IMG/VR virus record: IMGVR_UViG_2974555854_000001
Location: 16,799 to 80,798 of that record
Length of the DNA: 64,000 bases
Origin: a virus
Lineage: Duplodnaviria > Caudoviricetes
Strand: one strand, 5' to 3'
Shown: piece after piece, positions 9,269 through 19,252 of the stretch
How positions within the stretch are numbered: the first letter of the stretch is position 1
Layout: every line of letters starts with the position of its first letter
Program-made: the position numbers and the translations under genes
Notes under the pieces: generated by a model
What the model was told of the DNA's origin: nothing
The model's database searches: none
The model's input: only the letters and a program-made list of their open reading frames with translations

Positions 9269-9976
9269 ATGTTAACTTTAGTCCACGAAGATATTTGCGT
9301 TTATTTGGATTATATGATTTCGCAAAGTCTCAAGAAGACAGGTAAAAATTTGTCATTCATCAATGATTCAATTGAAGGGATAGCGAATTTAGGTAGGTTT
9401 GAAATCGAAGTGACTCAAGGTTCTTTTGCAAGATTTACGATCACTATTGAATCTCAAATTGTCACATTCAATGTTCCTATGACTGTTGGTGATAAAATAA
9501 GCCTTGACTTAGACAAGAACATTTTTAAAAAGAACGGATCACTGATCTTTACTGACAGCGTTCTTACACTTGAAGACAATTCTTATGTCAATGTGAATCT
9601 TGATTTTGTTGGTGATGGTATCGCTGCTGCAACTTATTTCTACAAATATTATGAGAAGAGAACTGATGATCTTATGTTCGTTGATAGCCTTTCTTATGAT
9701 AGAAGTGTAGAGTATGCTAGTCGTACAAATATCAAAAACCAAAAGAAACGTATTGGAAAGTCCAGGGATACATTTAGTTTCTCTATAAGTTTGATTTGGA
9801 ATGAAGATCAAGCTGAACTGATCGATGATGAATTCCGTTTACGTCTTATTGATGAAGAAGGTTATCCAATCGAAACAATGGCTGGATGTGTTATAACTTC
9901 CGAACGCAAAGGTTCTTCTTCAAATGGTGGAGATTTCACTTACGAAATTTCAGGAAGTTTTGAAAAAATTTATTAA
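9269..9976 (+). CDS. Two-domain tail protein whose C-terminal half resembles the tail tube protein
   Basis: C-half aligns by eye with 2205..2711 (DSLSY/DSFSF, RDTFSFSIS/RQEYTFDIS, ISGSFEK/ASGSYSK). Confidence 0.5.
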   Translation: MLTLVHEDICVYLDYMISQSLKKTGKNLSFINDSIEGIANLGRFEIEVTQGSFARFTITIESQIVTFNVPMTVGDKISLDLDKNIFKKNGSLIFTDSVLTLEDNSYVNVNLDFVGDGIAAATYFYKYYEKRTDDLMFVDSLSYDRSVEYASRTNIKNQKKRIGKSRDTFSFSISLIWNEDQAELIDDEFRLRLIDEEGYPIETMAGCVITSERKGSSSNGGDFTYEISGSFEKIY

Positions 9977-9983
9977 ATAAAAT

Positions 9984-10013
9984 GAGAAATGCATTCCAAA
10001 CCCTTGTATTAAT
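9984..10013 (+). promoter_or_regulatory. Putative late promoter GAGA-N19-TATTAAT (copy 4)
   Basis: Exact motif. Confidence 0.65.
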
Positions 10014-10050
10014 GGATTCAGAACGGAAAAGTTCAATATTTTTTTAATTA

Positions 10051-10524
10051 ATGGAGGGTTTTGGAATGGCAAAGGTTAATAAATTCGCAAGCAAGGTAAA
10101 GAAATTAAAACGTACAGGTAAGGTACACTTCAATACTGATGAAGGTGAAGTGTTGGAATTCGCTATCGAATCACGTAAAAGTGAAGATATCGATACAATT
10201 AACGGAATTTATGATGCTAAAAAACCAAAAGTACCAACTCGCAAATTACCATCTGCAAAAGGTTTCAAAGTTGTGGAGCAGCATGACGATCCGGAATACA
10301 AGAAAGAACTTGGTGTTATTCAACGCCGCAACCTAGCACATCTAGCTTTAATGTTTTTAGCTGAAGATGAAAGACCTGAAGGCGAAGTTGAAGAACAAGT
10401 TCAACAAATTTTAGACATTGAACTAGCTGGATTCATCGGTAAAATTGTTAACAAAGGTCTTGAGATTTCAGGTCTTGGTGGCGATGACGAAGAAGAAGAG
10501 TTAGTTGAAGTAAAAAACGACTAG
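10051..10524 (+). CDS. Tail assembly chaperone (gpG-like)
   Basis: 157 aa, acidic end; slippery heptamer A AAA AAC at 10512-10518 just before the stop. Confidence 0.75.
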   Translation: MEGFGMAKVNKFASKVKKLKRTGKVHFNTDEGEVLEFAIESRKSEDIDTINGIYDAKKPKVPTRKLPSAKGFKVVEQHDDPEYKKELGVIQRRNLAHLALMFLAEDERPEGEVEEQVQQILDIELAGFIGKIVNKGLEISGLGGDDEEEELVEVKND

Positions 10525-10715
10525 CAGTAGGAGGGAAATTGAAAGAGGGCGTTTATGACGATTACATTTACTTAGATATTTGTGAAAAGTACGGAATGAA
10601 CCCACTCACTGAATTCGATCCCCTACCTGATGACATAAAAATAATGATGAAAGCCAAATGGTTAATTGACCAGGAACACAATTCTGAAATGGCTAAGAAA
10701 CAAAGTGAGGGGTAG
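10518..10715 (+). CDS. -1 frameshift extension of the tail chaperone (gpGT-like)
   Basis: The -1 frame is open for 65 codons (RLAVGGKLKEGVYDDYIYLDICEKYGMNPLTEFDPLPDDIKIMMKAKWLIDQEHNSEMAKKQSEG) and is followed by a terminator hairpin. Confidence 0.75.
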   Translation, partial: RLAVGGKLKEGVYDDYIYLDICEKYGMNPLTEFDPLPDDIKIMMKAKWLIDQEHNSEMAKKQSEG

Positions 10716-10760
10716 GGCTTATGTCTTACCTCTCATTTTTTATTTATAGGAGGTGCTTTT

Positions 10761-11219
10761 ATGAGTCTAAGAAGAAAGAAATCCACCTTACAATTATTCC
10801 GCGATGACATTAGACAAAATATCGAACGTGAAGGATCAGCTGTTGTTTTTGAATGGACTGAAGTAACCGGCGCTGTTTGGAATGATGTTTATGAGGTTTG
10901 GGAGGGTGGAGAAGAAACGAAGCAATTCTATCACGAAAGAGGAATAGGTAAGATCATCGATTACAAAGAAGACATTATGGAATCAGAATTTGCACGTTAC
11001 AACGTAGGTGAGTGTATTGTTCGTTTCGTTTATGATTCTCCTATATTTGACGTTTTAAGTGGAAAGAGTGATGTAACATTCATCTATCAAGGACAACGCT
11101 TTAAAATCGATTCTCCGATGTATACAGGTGATATGATCGACAACGGATACTACGCTTTAACTATTCGTGGTGTCAAGGATTACGATGGAGCTGTTAGTCA
11201 TGATACGAATGAAGCTTGA
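10761..11219 (+). CDS. Head closure/head-tail joining protein
   Basis: 152-aa beta-barrel-like protein (FIYQGQRFKID...YYALTIRG). Confidence 0.55.
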   Translation: MSLRRKKSTLQLFRDDIRQNIEREGSAVVFEWTEVTGAVWNDVYEVWEGGEETKQFYHERGIGKIIDYKEDIMESEFARYNVGECIVRFVYDSPIFDVLSGKSDVTFIYQGQRFKIDSPMYTGDMIDNGYYALTIRGVKDYDGAVSHDTNEA

Positions 11220-11676
11220 TACAAAAGCAACTGAAAACCTTGTCCAAAAATTAAAGCTGCTGCAAAAAGAAATTCTTCAGGAAACAAACAGTGTTGTTAA
11301 TGACCTGGATCGTAACCTTGCTGAAACGTATGAACGTTCAGTAGACGAATTAGTTTATGACCAATACACTCCTGAAAAATATCAACGAACACTTCATTTA
11401 CGTGGTGCTCATGGTGCTTTACAAAGGGACATTCAATTAGTTGGTTATAAAAAGAATTACACATTTCGTATTGATGGTAGTAGTCGCGATCCGATTGATG
11501 GTGAAACATGGGATACAAAAGCTTATAACGTTGAACATGGCACAACTGAAATGAGTGTAGGTTTCAATCGTCCTTTCATTGCTCCTACTCAAACAAAATT
11601 AGAATTCGAAACTGAACGATTACGGAAATATTACATTGAACGTATTCGCGGTTTTGTTAGAAAGGCGGCGAAATAA
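11167..11676 (+). CDS. Tail completion/neck protein (HK97 gp10-like); probable start ATG at 11200
   Basis: YQRTLHLR, NVEHGT and RPFI motifs typical of the gp10 family. Confidence 0.65.
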   Translation: MVSRITMELLVMIRMKLDTKATENLVQKLKLLQKEILQETNSVVNDLDRNLAETYERSVDELVYDQYTPEKYQRTLHLRGAHGALQRDIQLVGYKKNYTFRIDGSSRDPIDGETWDTKAYNVEHGTTEMSVGFNRPFIAPTQTKLEFETERLRKYYIERIRGFVRKAAK

Positions 11677-12137
11677 TGGCAACGTTTGACCAGGAAAAAT
11701 ATATCGAAAGTGTTAAAGCGGTAATAATCGGTTATCTGAAAGGTCTGTTTCCGGATTATAAAATCGCAACTGCTTTTCCTGATGTTGAAGGTACTGACTT
11801 AGATTTAAGTAAACCTATGCTTTACGTTGAATTTGAACGTGAATCAAACATCGAAAGAAGAAGGGGAAAATGGGTAGGTGATGACAGCTATCAACGAAGA
11901 GTGACGGTTGTTTATTCTATCCAGGTTTTTACAAGTGGTGATGGTAAGGGTGTATTAGCTAGAGATCGTACTATTCAGACATTAAAAGTCGATGTACCTA
12001 GAAATGAAAGAGTTTTCGCTGGTCAGGGCTTACGTAAAGTTGATATGCGTTTCATGGGTTCTTATCGATTAAGAGAGCGAATTCATCTAGCTAGGATGGA
12101 AGTTTTTACACAAGTAACAATGACTACAATCATGTAA
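11676..12137 (+). CDS. Tail terminator protein
   Basis: 153 aa, position before the tape measure gene, gp17/gpU-like pattern. Confidence 0.55.
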   Translation: MATFDQEKYIESVKAVIIGYLKGLFPDYKIATAFPDVEGTDLDLSKPMLYVEFERESNIERRRGKWVGDDSYQRRVTVVYSIQVFTSGDGKGVLARDRTIQTLKVDVPRNERVFAGQGLRKVDMRFMGSYRLRERIHLARMEVFTQVTMTTIM

Positions 12138-12152
12138 AGGTTGGTGGATTAG

Positions 12153-15100
12153 GTGTCGGATCAAATTAAAATTAGTTTTGAAGTTGATGGTGAGGAACTA
12201 AAGCAGATAACACAAGCTATGAACATTTTGGACAAGTTTAACAAACAAGCAAAAACTGTTGTTGATGGTCTAAATGGTATGGGTACATCAATGAATGGTG
12301 TTGGTCAATCCGCTAAGAATCAAAAGAACTCCATCGAAAATTTAGATGCTGCAATGCAATCGTGGTCTAATAAAATTAAGGGCCAACAAAAAGAAATGCT
12401 GCAACATTCACAAACAGCTAAAAGAATGGCTAACACTTTAAATCAATTAGGTTCTGATGCTAAAGTAACTGCTGATTCTGCTGGACGTTTATCTGCAACT
12501 TTCAAAGATATGAATGGTAATACAGTTAAGATGTCCGGTACTGTTCAACAATTGAATAGTCAGATCGGACAAATGAAAACAACAATCACCGCTACTTCTT
12601 CTGCTGTAACTGATTCAAATAAACGTTTAGCTGCAATGAATAAAGAACAACAACAACTAGCTAAAGCTATGGCTGATGGACGTTCTAAATTCGATAATCA
12701 ATCGAAAGCTGTAAGTAAATTAGCTCAAGATTACGATAAGCTTCACACTGGAACTCGTGACTTATCTAGGGTTTTAGCTGATAACAAAGGTAAGTTCGAT
12801 GTCTATAATAACGCATTGCAAAAAGGTAGTCAAATCATGAAAGCTTCAATTGATGCTCATGGTAAGTTCTCTCAAACGTTGAAGAATGAACAGGGCCAAT
12901 TAACGACTATTTCAGGTTATTATGACAAGAACAATCAACGGATCACTGAATACAATCGTAGCATTGTGAAATCTGCTGATGCAATGGGCCGTGCAAGTAA
13001 ATCAGCTAATAAATATCAAGCTGAATTGATGGGCCTTAATAAACAAGCAAAAAGTTTCGGTGAGTCACTTGAACATTCAGCTACTAAGATGGTTGAGTGG
13101 GGCGCTGCTGGTGCTGTAGTATTTGGTATCCAGGATGCTTTCAGAGGTCTAGGCGCAACTATCCTAGAAGTAGATACCCAAATGACTTCATTACGCCGTG
13201 TGCTTGACGATGATGTTGATATGGGTAAATTGTTCGATGGTGCTGTTCGTAATGCTAGTATCTTAGGTATCAAATTAACTGACATTAATGAAGCTATGAT
13301 TGAGTTCGGAAGACAAGGTTTCGATGATAGTGAAATTGAAAAGTTAGTTAAAGCAACAGGTATGATGAAAAACGTTGCTGATATGGATATGGGTATGGCT
13401 TCTGAAAACATGACTGCTTTCCTCGCTACATTCAAACGTGGTGTAGATGACACAATGGAATATGTTGACAAATTGAATGAAGTTGATAACAAGTACGCTG
13501 TAAGTGTAGACCAGCTATCTAACTCTATTCGAAAAGCCGGCGGTACTGCAAATGCTTTCGGTGTTTCTATGGATATGGTAATCGGTTATACAACAGCTAT
13601 CGGTGAAGCGACTCGTGAAAGTGGTCAACAGATCGGTAATGCCCTAAAGACAATTTTTTCCAGGGTTACAACATTAGGCGGTGCTGAAAAAGTATTAAAC
13701 AATGTTGGTATCGCTGTTAAGAATCAGGCCGGTGAAGCTCGTAAAGCTGAAGATATTTTCGGTGATCTTCATAAGGTATGGGGCGATTTAACGAATGCTG
13801 AAAGACAAAACATCGCGTTAAAAGTTGCCGGTACTCACCAGGTCAATAGATTTCTTGTTATGATGCAAAACTACGATCAAGCTTTAAAAGCGGCTAAAAC
13901 TGCTGAAAACTCATGGGGATCAGCTCAACGTGAAAATGCTAAGTACATGGAATCATTACAAGCTAAATTAAACAACTTATGGTCTTCATTACAATTAGCT
14001 GCTGTAGCTGCTGGTGATGCAGGATTAACTAAAGCGTTTAAAGTCCTTATTGAAACGACTAATACTTTAGTACAAGGTGTGCTAGGTATGGGAAAAGCAA
14101 TGGGAGATTTTGCTTTATTATTACCGGTGATTGCCACTGGATTAGGCTTGTTCACATTTAACCTTATGAAAATGAAAACTAATGCTGATCTTGCTGTAAT
14201 TAGTTTAAACACTGTTGGTACTGCAACACAACAAATGGCCCTTAAAATGGGAGCTTCTACAACTGCTGCAACTATTCTAGGTGGTGCTGTTGGACGTATT
14301 ACCGGTGGTATTAAAGCAATGACATTAGCATTAGCAACAAACCCTTTCGCTATTCTATTAACTGCTGCTTCTGCAATTGCATATTTCGTTGGTCAATCTA
14401 AACAGATGGACGATCAACTTAAATCTATGCAAGGTGGATTTAAAGATGCTACTAAGGAATTCAAAGCATTCCAGGAAGCAATTGCCAATAAAACTGTAGA
14501 TGAATATTCTGTTAACAAATACAAGACTCAAGTAGATATGTTAAAGGATTCAACAGTTCTATTGAATGGTGTTATGAAAGATGGAGTTAAGGTATATGAG
14601 CAACAAAATAACAGTATGGTTGCAATGAAAGCCGGTACTGAAACAATGGGTATGAGTCAGGCCCAAATGAAGAAGCATTATGCTGAAACTACACTAGCTC
14701 GTAAAGCCCTTTCCGAAGAAGAAATGACATCACTTACAACGTTAGGTATTTCAATCAAGAAGAATACAACGTTAGCTGATGTTGTTAATCAAGTTAAGAA
14801 TCGTCAATTGGATGTTTCCGGTGCTGTAAAAGATGCTGGCGATGCAATGAAGAAAGCTGATAAAGAAGCTATCACTCCTGCTATTGATGCTTATGGTGAC
14901 TTAAATGATGAACTAGATAAAAACGCTACTCTAATGGAGAATGCTATTGGTTTCTCGAATAAGTATATCAAATCCATCAAAGAACAGATTGGTGTAGTTG
15001 AATTATTATCAGGTCAAGAAAATTTAAGTAAGGCCCAAAAAGACCTTCTTGAAATGTCTACTCGTAACTTAACTGAAGCGTTTGGAGATCAGAATGATAC

Positions 15101-18100
15101 AACTGCTGAAGTAATCCAAAAAGCTAAAGGTCAAGTTAAGAGTATGGATGAATTGATGGAACTTTCAGGCAAATTAGCTGATGGTACTGCTACTAACGAA
15201 GAGAAGAAACGTGCTCAATATCTTCTTACACAACAAGCAACATATGAGAACACTCGTGTAGCTCAACAAGAAGCTGAAAAGGTTAAGAAGGCTAAACAAC
15301 AAGAAGCTAAAGAACACAACTATACAGCTGGTCAAGCATTCCAGGCTAGTATTAAAACAAATAAAGCTTCTTCTAGCATTTCAACTACGACTGTTCAAAA
15401 GATGGGTATTGTCAGAGGTGAATTGAATACAACAGGAACTAAACACGCTGAACACGCTAAATCAGCTCAAGATTCATCTAAGAAAGTACAATTAGCCGGT
15501 AGTGAAATGTTCAAAGCTTCTAAACGAGATTTCAGTAAAACACGAGATCAAGTTGACCAAACAAAGAAAGAATACAATAAGTTAGAAGATGAAGCTAAAA
15601 ACATTCCTAAAGGTATCGCTAAAGGTATCATCAATGCTATTTCTGATCCTGAAAAAGCTATCGCGAAATTAGCAGAAAGTCTTGTTAAGAAATTTAAAAA
15701 GGCTTTAGGTATCAAATCACCTTCTCGTGTATTCATGGCTTTAGGTGGACACGTTATCGATGGTTTAGTTAATGGTTTAGATATCGGTAACTTAAAAGCT
15801 TTAGGTCAGAACGCATTTAAAGATTTCGCTGATGGAGCTTTCACAACTTTAGATGACATTAAAATGTTCTTAGGTGGCGGTGGTAACTTCAAGAATCCTG
15901 GTGGTGGTGGAGCTGGATGGAAGTCTATGATTTATGCTGCTGCTGCTCAAATGGGTATTTCGGTCACTCCTTCAGAAGTAAATGGTATTATTGCCCAAAT
16001 AAATAGGGAATCCGGAGGAAACCAAAACATCGTCCAATCTAGTGCTGTACGTGACATTAATACTAGAAATGGAAATCCGGCTAGAGGACTTTTGCAGTAT
16101 ATACCCCAAACATTTAATGCGTATAAAGTCCCAGGACATAACAATATATATTCCGGTTATGACCAACTTTTGGCCTTCTTTAATAACACAACTTGGAGAC
16201 GTGATTTGCCATATGGTAAGAGAGGTTGGGGGCCTAGAGGTGGTACACTGTTCGCAAACGGCGGTATTACAGGATCGATGTACCAACAGGCACAAAGTAA
16301 CGGTAATGTGCCGAATGGAGGATTTATCGATAAACCTCATTTCGTAGATGGTGGACGTGGTATTGCAGGAGAAGCAGGAGCAGAAGCTATCATTCCTTTG
16401 TCCAACAGCAGAAGAAGTCGTGCTTTAGACCTATATTCTCAAGTTGGAAACATCTTAGGAGTTCACGCTTATGCTAATGGTGGAGTAACCAAAAAGTTAA
16501 ATTACACTGTTCAATCAGGTAACACGCTTTCAGGTATCGCTACACTATTCAAAACTTCTGTTGATGCACTTAAAAAGATCAACACTAGCCTAGCTAAAAC
16601 TGCAAGCAGTAAAGCGTTAACAGCTGGTATGAAGGTTAATGTAACAGGTTTGATTAAAGATGATGATTCATTCAGATCAAACAGTTTACTTGATCCTAAC
16701 CGCAAAAAGCCTGGATATGTTCAAGCTGAAGACGGATCATGGGTTAAGAAAACTATGTATAACGATCCTTCTTATGCAGCATCACAAAAAGCTGGTAAAC
16801 CTGTAGCTGCTAAACCACCGGCAAAAACGTATGCTACTAAATACGGTCATGTAACAGCTGTCGAAGGTGATTATAGCGAAATGATGTCTACAATTGGATA
16901 CTTGCAAAACAATGGTATCTATAACGATTCTCAAGCATTATACGCTATGAAATCTCAAGTTCGTCCTCAAACAAGAGGAACACAAGACCGCCGTGCTTAC
17001 AATGATGCTCAAATCGATATCATTTCTAAAATGGATAACGTTAAGAAAGCTTCAGAATGGTTCAGAAGTGCTAACTTATTCTTATCCGGTGATGATTGGA
17101 AGAAAGCGTACAATCAAACTATGGAAATGGTTAAGGCTAATGCAGAAGCGAAAGCACAAGCTGAAAATGATTCTAAGTTAGCGAACCGACAAGCGACACT
17201 ATCTCGTGAACAGACTTTAGGATTAGCTACAGACTCACGTACTTCTTCTTATTTACGTGATAATATCCGTGCTTATTCTAAGACTGATGAACAGAAGTTA
17301 GCTTATAACACGGCTCAAATGGACGTATTCAAGGGTATGGAAAACGTCAAAACGTTCAGTCAATGGTTCGATCAAGCTAAATTGTTTGGTACTGCTGCTG
17401 AAATCAAACAAATCAAAGAAAACTTGACTGAAATCGTTAAAACAAATGCTATCGCCGGTGTAACTAATGCAACAAACGCATGGTTCGATACATTTGACAA
17501 ACGTACTCCTGCTGTAATCAAGAACCTGGAACGTACTGTTAACACAATCGATTCAATCAAAACAGCTCAAGAAGATGCAGTATTGAACAGTAAGATTGAT
17601 TCTTATATCGCTGATCGTCAAGCAGCTCTAGGTTTCGATAACCGTACTGATATTGAGAAAAAGCAGTCTAAAATGGATTCTATTAAGAGTCAAATTGATA
17701 CAGCTATTCAGCAAAACGCTGAACTCAAATTTAAGACGGATGGTTCAGATATCGATGCTAGACTGAAACAACTTCAAGCAGATAAGGAAAAGTTGAATCA
17801 AGGTATGAAGGAAACTAGTGACTATGGTAAATCTAAAGGTTTATCAGATAAGGACATTAACGATTCTCTTCAACGCTATAAAGATCAACTTGCAGCTATT
17901 CAGGAAGAAACAACTAAGCTGATCCAGCAGAAGAAAGATTCTGTTGATATGTTCAACTCGAACGAAGCGGCTATTGGTTCATTAACTGAAGAGTACAAGA
18001 AATTAGAACGTGAAATGGAAGAAACGCAACGTAAAGCTGATGTGCTTCAGAAGATCAAGGATAAAGTTAACTCTATTTTTGATTGGGATACAAGCAGCGT

Positions 18101-18884
18101 GTTAACTGAAAAGACTGACCAGTTCGGAAATACAGTTCGTGATATTGAAGGTAATGTTCAGAAAGTCCTAGACGTTCAGAAAGCTATCCAGGATATTACA
18201 GCTGATATTTACAGCAACATCGGTAAAACAGTCGATGAAATGGTTACAGAAATTATCTCTTCTCAATTACCGTCTATCGGTGATTTGATGGGTAGCGATA
18301 CTGATTATGCATCTATTTCTTCAGGTATCAACGGCGCGATTGATTCAGTTAAGCCAACATGGGATGCAACATTATCTTATATGGCTCAATCAACTTCTCA
18401 AATGTTCAGTTCTCAAAATTGGCAAGCTGTTTCTCAAGGATGGATTCAAAGCATGGGTTCTACTATTCAATCTCTTCAACCGCTGTTTGAACAGATGATG
18501 GTAACGATGCCTGAAACGATGGGTAAAATGTTTGAAAACCTACCTTCACTTGTATCTACTGCAATGCAGAACATTACAACAGGTATTTTCAACACTGTTA
18601 TTCAAATCCTTAATCAAATGGTTGCAACGGTTAATCAGATCGTTCCTGCTGCTCAACGTATTCCTGCTTTTGAGTCAATGCAATACGCGACTCCAACGTA
18701 CACGCAAAATAACGACAATAGCTCTACAGAAGAGAAGAAAGTATACTCTGCTGATACTAATGTAGTTAGAAACGTAACGTATGTTGTACAAGCCGGTGTA
18801 GTTGTCGGAACGCAAAGTGAAATGAAAGAATTCGCTATGATGATTAAAGAATTGATTGATGAAGAAGAAGGGCGTGGTAATTAA
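12153..18884 (+). CDS. Tape measure protein with TP901-type core, lytic transglycosylase (SLT) and LysM domains
   Basis: 2243 aa, helical. SLT motifs RESGG...GLLQY at about 16.0-16.2 kb; LysM YTVQSGNTLSGIA at about 16.5 kb. Confidence 0.92.
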   Translation: MSDQIKISFEVDGEELKQITQAMNILDKFNKQAKTVVDGLNGMGTSMNGVGQSAKNQKNSIENLDAAMQSWSNKIKGQQKEMLQHSQTAKRMANTLNQLGSDAKVTADSAGRLSATFKDMNGNTVKMSGTVQQLNSQIGQMKTTITATSSAVTDSNKRLAAMNKEQQQLAKAMADGRSKFDNQSKAVSKLAQDYDKLHTGTRDLSRVLADNKGKFDVYNNALQKGSQIMKASIDAHGKFSQTLKNEQGQLTTISGYYDKNNQRITEYNRSIVKSADAMGRASKSANKYQAELMGLNKQAKSFGESLEHSATKMVEWGAAGAVVFGIQDAFRGLGATILEVDTQMTSLRRVLDDDVDMGKLFDGAVRNASILGIKLTDINEAMIEFGRQGFDDSEIEKLVKATGMMKNVADMDMGMASENMTAFLATFKRGVDDTMEYVDKLNEVDNKYAVSVDQLSNSIRKAGGTANAFGVSMDMVIGYTTAIGEATRESGQQIGNALKTIFSRVTTLGGAEKVLNNVGIAVKNQAGEARKAEDIFGDLHKVWGDLTNAERQNIALKVAGTHQVNRFLVMMQNYDQALKAAKTAENSWGSAQRENAKYMESLQAKLNNLWSSLQLAAVAAGDAGLTKAFKVLIETTNTLVQGVLGMGKAMGDFALLLPVIATGLGLFTFNLMKMKTNADLAVISLNTVGTATQQMALKMGASTTAATILGGAVGRITGGIKAMTLALATNPFAILLTAASAIAYFVGQSKQMDDQLKSMQGGFKDATKEFKAFQEAIANKTVDEYSVNKYKTQVDMLKDSTVLLNGVMKDGVKVYEQQNNSMVAMKAGTETMGMSQAQMKKHYAETTLARKALSEEEMTSLTTLGISIKKNTTLADVVNQVKNRQLDVSGAVKDAGDAMKKADKEAITPAIDAYGDLNDELDKNATLMENAIGFSNKYIKSIKEQIGVVELLSGQENLSKAQKDLLEMSTRNLTEAFGDQNDTTAEVIQKAKGQVKSMDELMELSGKLADGTATNEEKKRAQYLLTQQATYENTRVAQQEAEKVKKAKQQEAKEHNYTAGQAFQASIKTNKASSSISTTTVQKMGIVRGELNTTGTKHAEHAKSAQDSSKKVQLAGSEMFKASKRDFSKTRDQVDQTKKEYNKLEDEAKNIPKGIAKGIINAISDPEKAIAKLAESLVKKFKKALGIKSPSRVFMALGGHVIDGLVNGLDIGNLKALGQNAFKDFADGAFTTLDDIKMFLGGGGNFKNPGGGGAGWKSMIYAAAAQMGISVTPSEVNGIIAQINRESGGNQNIVQSSAVRDINTRNGNPARGLLQYIPQTFNAYKVPGHNNIYSGYDQLLAFFNNTTWRRDLPYGKRGWGPRGGTLFANGGITGSMYQQAQSNGNVPNGGFIDKPHFVDGGRGIAGEAGAEAIIPLSNSRRSRALDLYSQVGNILGVHAYANGGVTKKLNYTVQSGNTLSGIATLFKTSVDALKKINTSLAKTASSKALTAGMKVNVTGLIKDDDSFRSNSLLDPNRKKPGYVQAEDGSWVKKTMYNDPSYAASQKAGKPVAAKPPAKTYATKYGHVTAVEGDYSEMMSTIGYLQNNGIYNDSQALYAMKSQVRPQTRGTQDRRAYNDAQIDIISKMDNVKKASEWFRSANLFLSGDDWKKAYNQTMEMVKANAEAKAQAENDSKLANRQATLSREQTLGLATDSRTSSYLRDNIRAYSKTDEQKLAYNTAQMDVFKGMENVKTFSQWFDQAKLFGTAAEIKQIKENLTEIVKTNAIAGVTNATNAWFDTFDKRTPAVIKNLERTVNTIDSIKTAQEDAVLNSKIDSYIADRQAALGFDNRTDIEKKQSKMDSIKSQIDTAIQQNAELKFKTDGSDIDARLKQLQADKEKLNQGMKETSDYGKSKGLSDKDINDSLQRYKDQLAAIQEETTKLIQQKKDSVDMFNSNEAAIGSLTEEYKKLEREMEETQRKADVLQKIKDKVNSIFDWDTSSVLTEKTDQFGNTVRDIEGNVQKVLDVQKAIQDITADIYSNIGKTVDEMVTEIISSQLPSIGDLMGSDTDYASISSGINGAIDSVKPTWDATLSYMAQSTSQMFSSQNWQAVSQGWIQSMGSTIQSLQPLFEQMMVTMPETMGKMFENLPSLVSTAMQNITTGIFNTVIQILNQMVATVNQIVPAAQRIPAFESMQYATPTYTQNNDNSSTEEKKVYSADTNVVRNVTYVVQAGVVVGTQSEMKEFAMMIKELIDEEEGRGN

Positions 18885-19249
18885 TGGATCACTTTAGATT
18901 AGGAGTCAAAGGAGAGGGCTATGCCTTCTTCTTTCCTGATTCTTTTAACAAAGACACAAAAATAATCGGTGGACAAATCAGAAGATCAATTAGCGGTAAA
19001 GCGAAAAGGGATATTACCACCACTAAGAAAGTATTTTCAATGGGTTTCACTTATCTTTCAGCTGATGAAGTTGCTGCTATTTACGAACAATTCCTAAAGA
19101 ATATTGAGGATGGAAAGGATTTAACCTTTATTGATGATGAAGGGAATGAATTTATTGTAATGTTCAGTGGTGACAATTTTGGAATTAGTGATCGTCAAGC
19201 TGATGAAGACATTTATTGGTCAGGGACTATTAACTTGGAAGAGGTGTAA
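18884..19249 (+). CDS. Distal tail protein (Dit-like)
   Basis: 121 aa directly after the tape measure gene, ending TINLEEV. Confidence 0.65.
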   Translation: MDHFRLGVKGEGYAFFFPDSFNKDTKIIGGQIRRSISGKAKRDITTTKKVFSMGFTYLSADEVAAIYEQFLKNIEDGKDLTFIDDEGNEFIVMFSGDNFGISDRQADEDIYWSGTINLEEV

Positions 19250-19252
19250 AGG

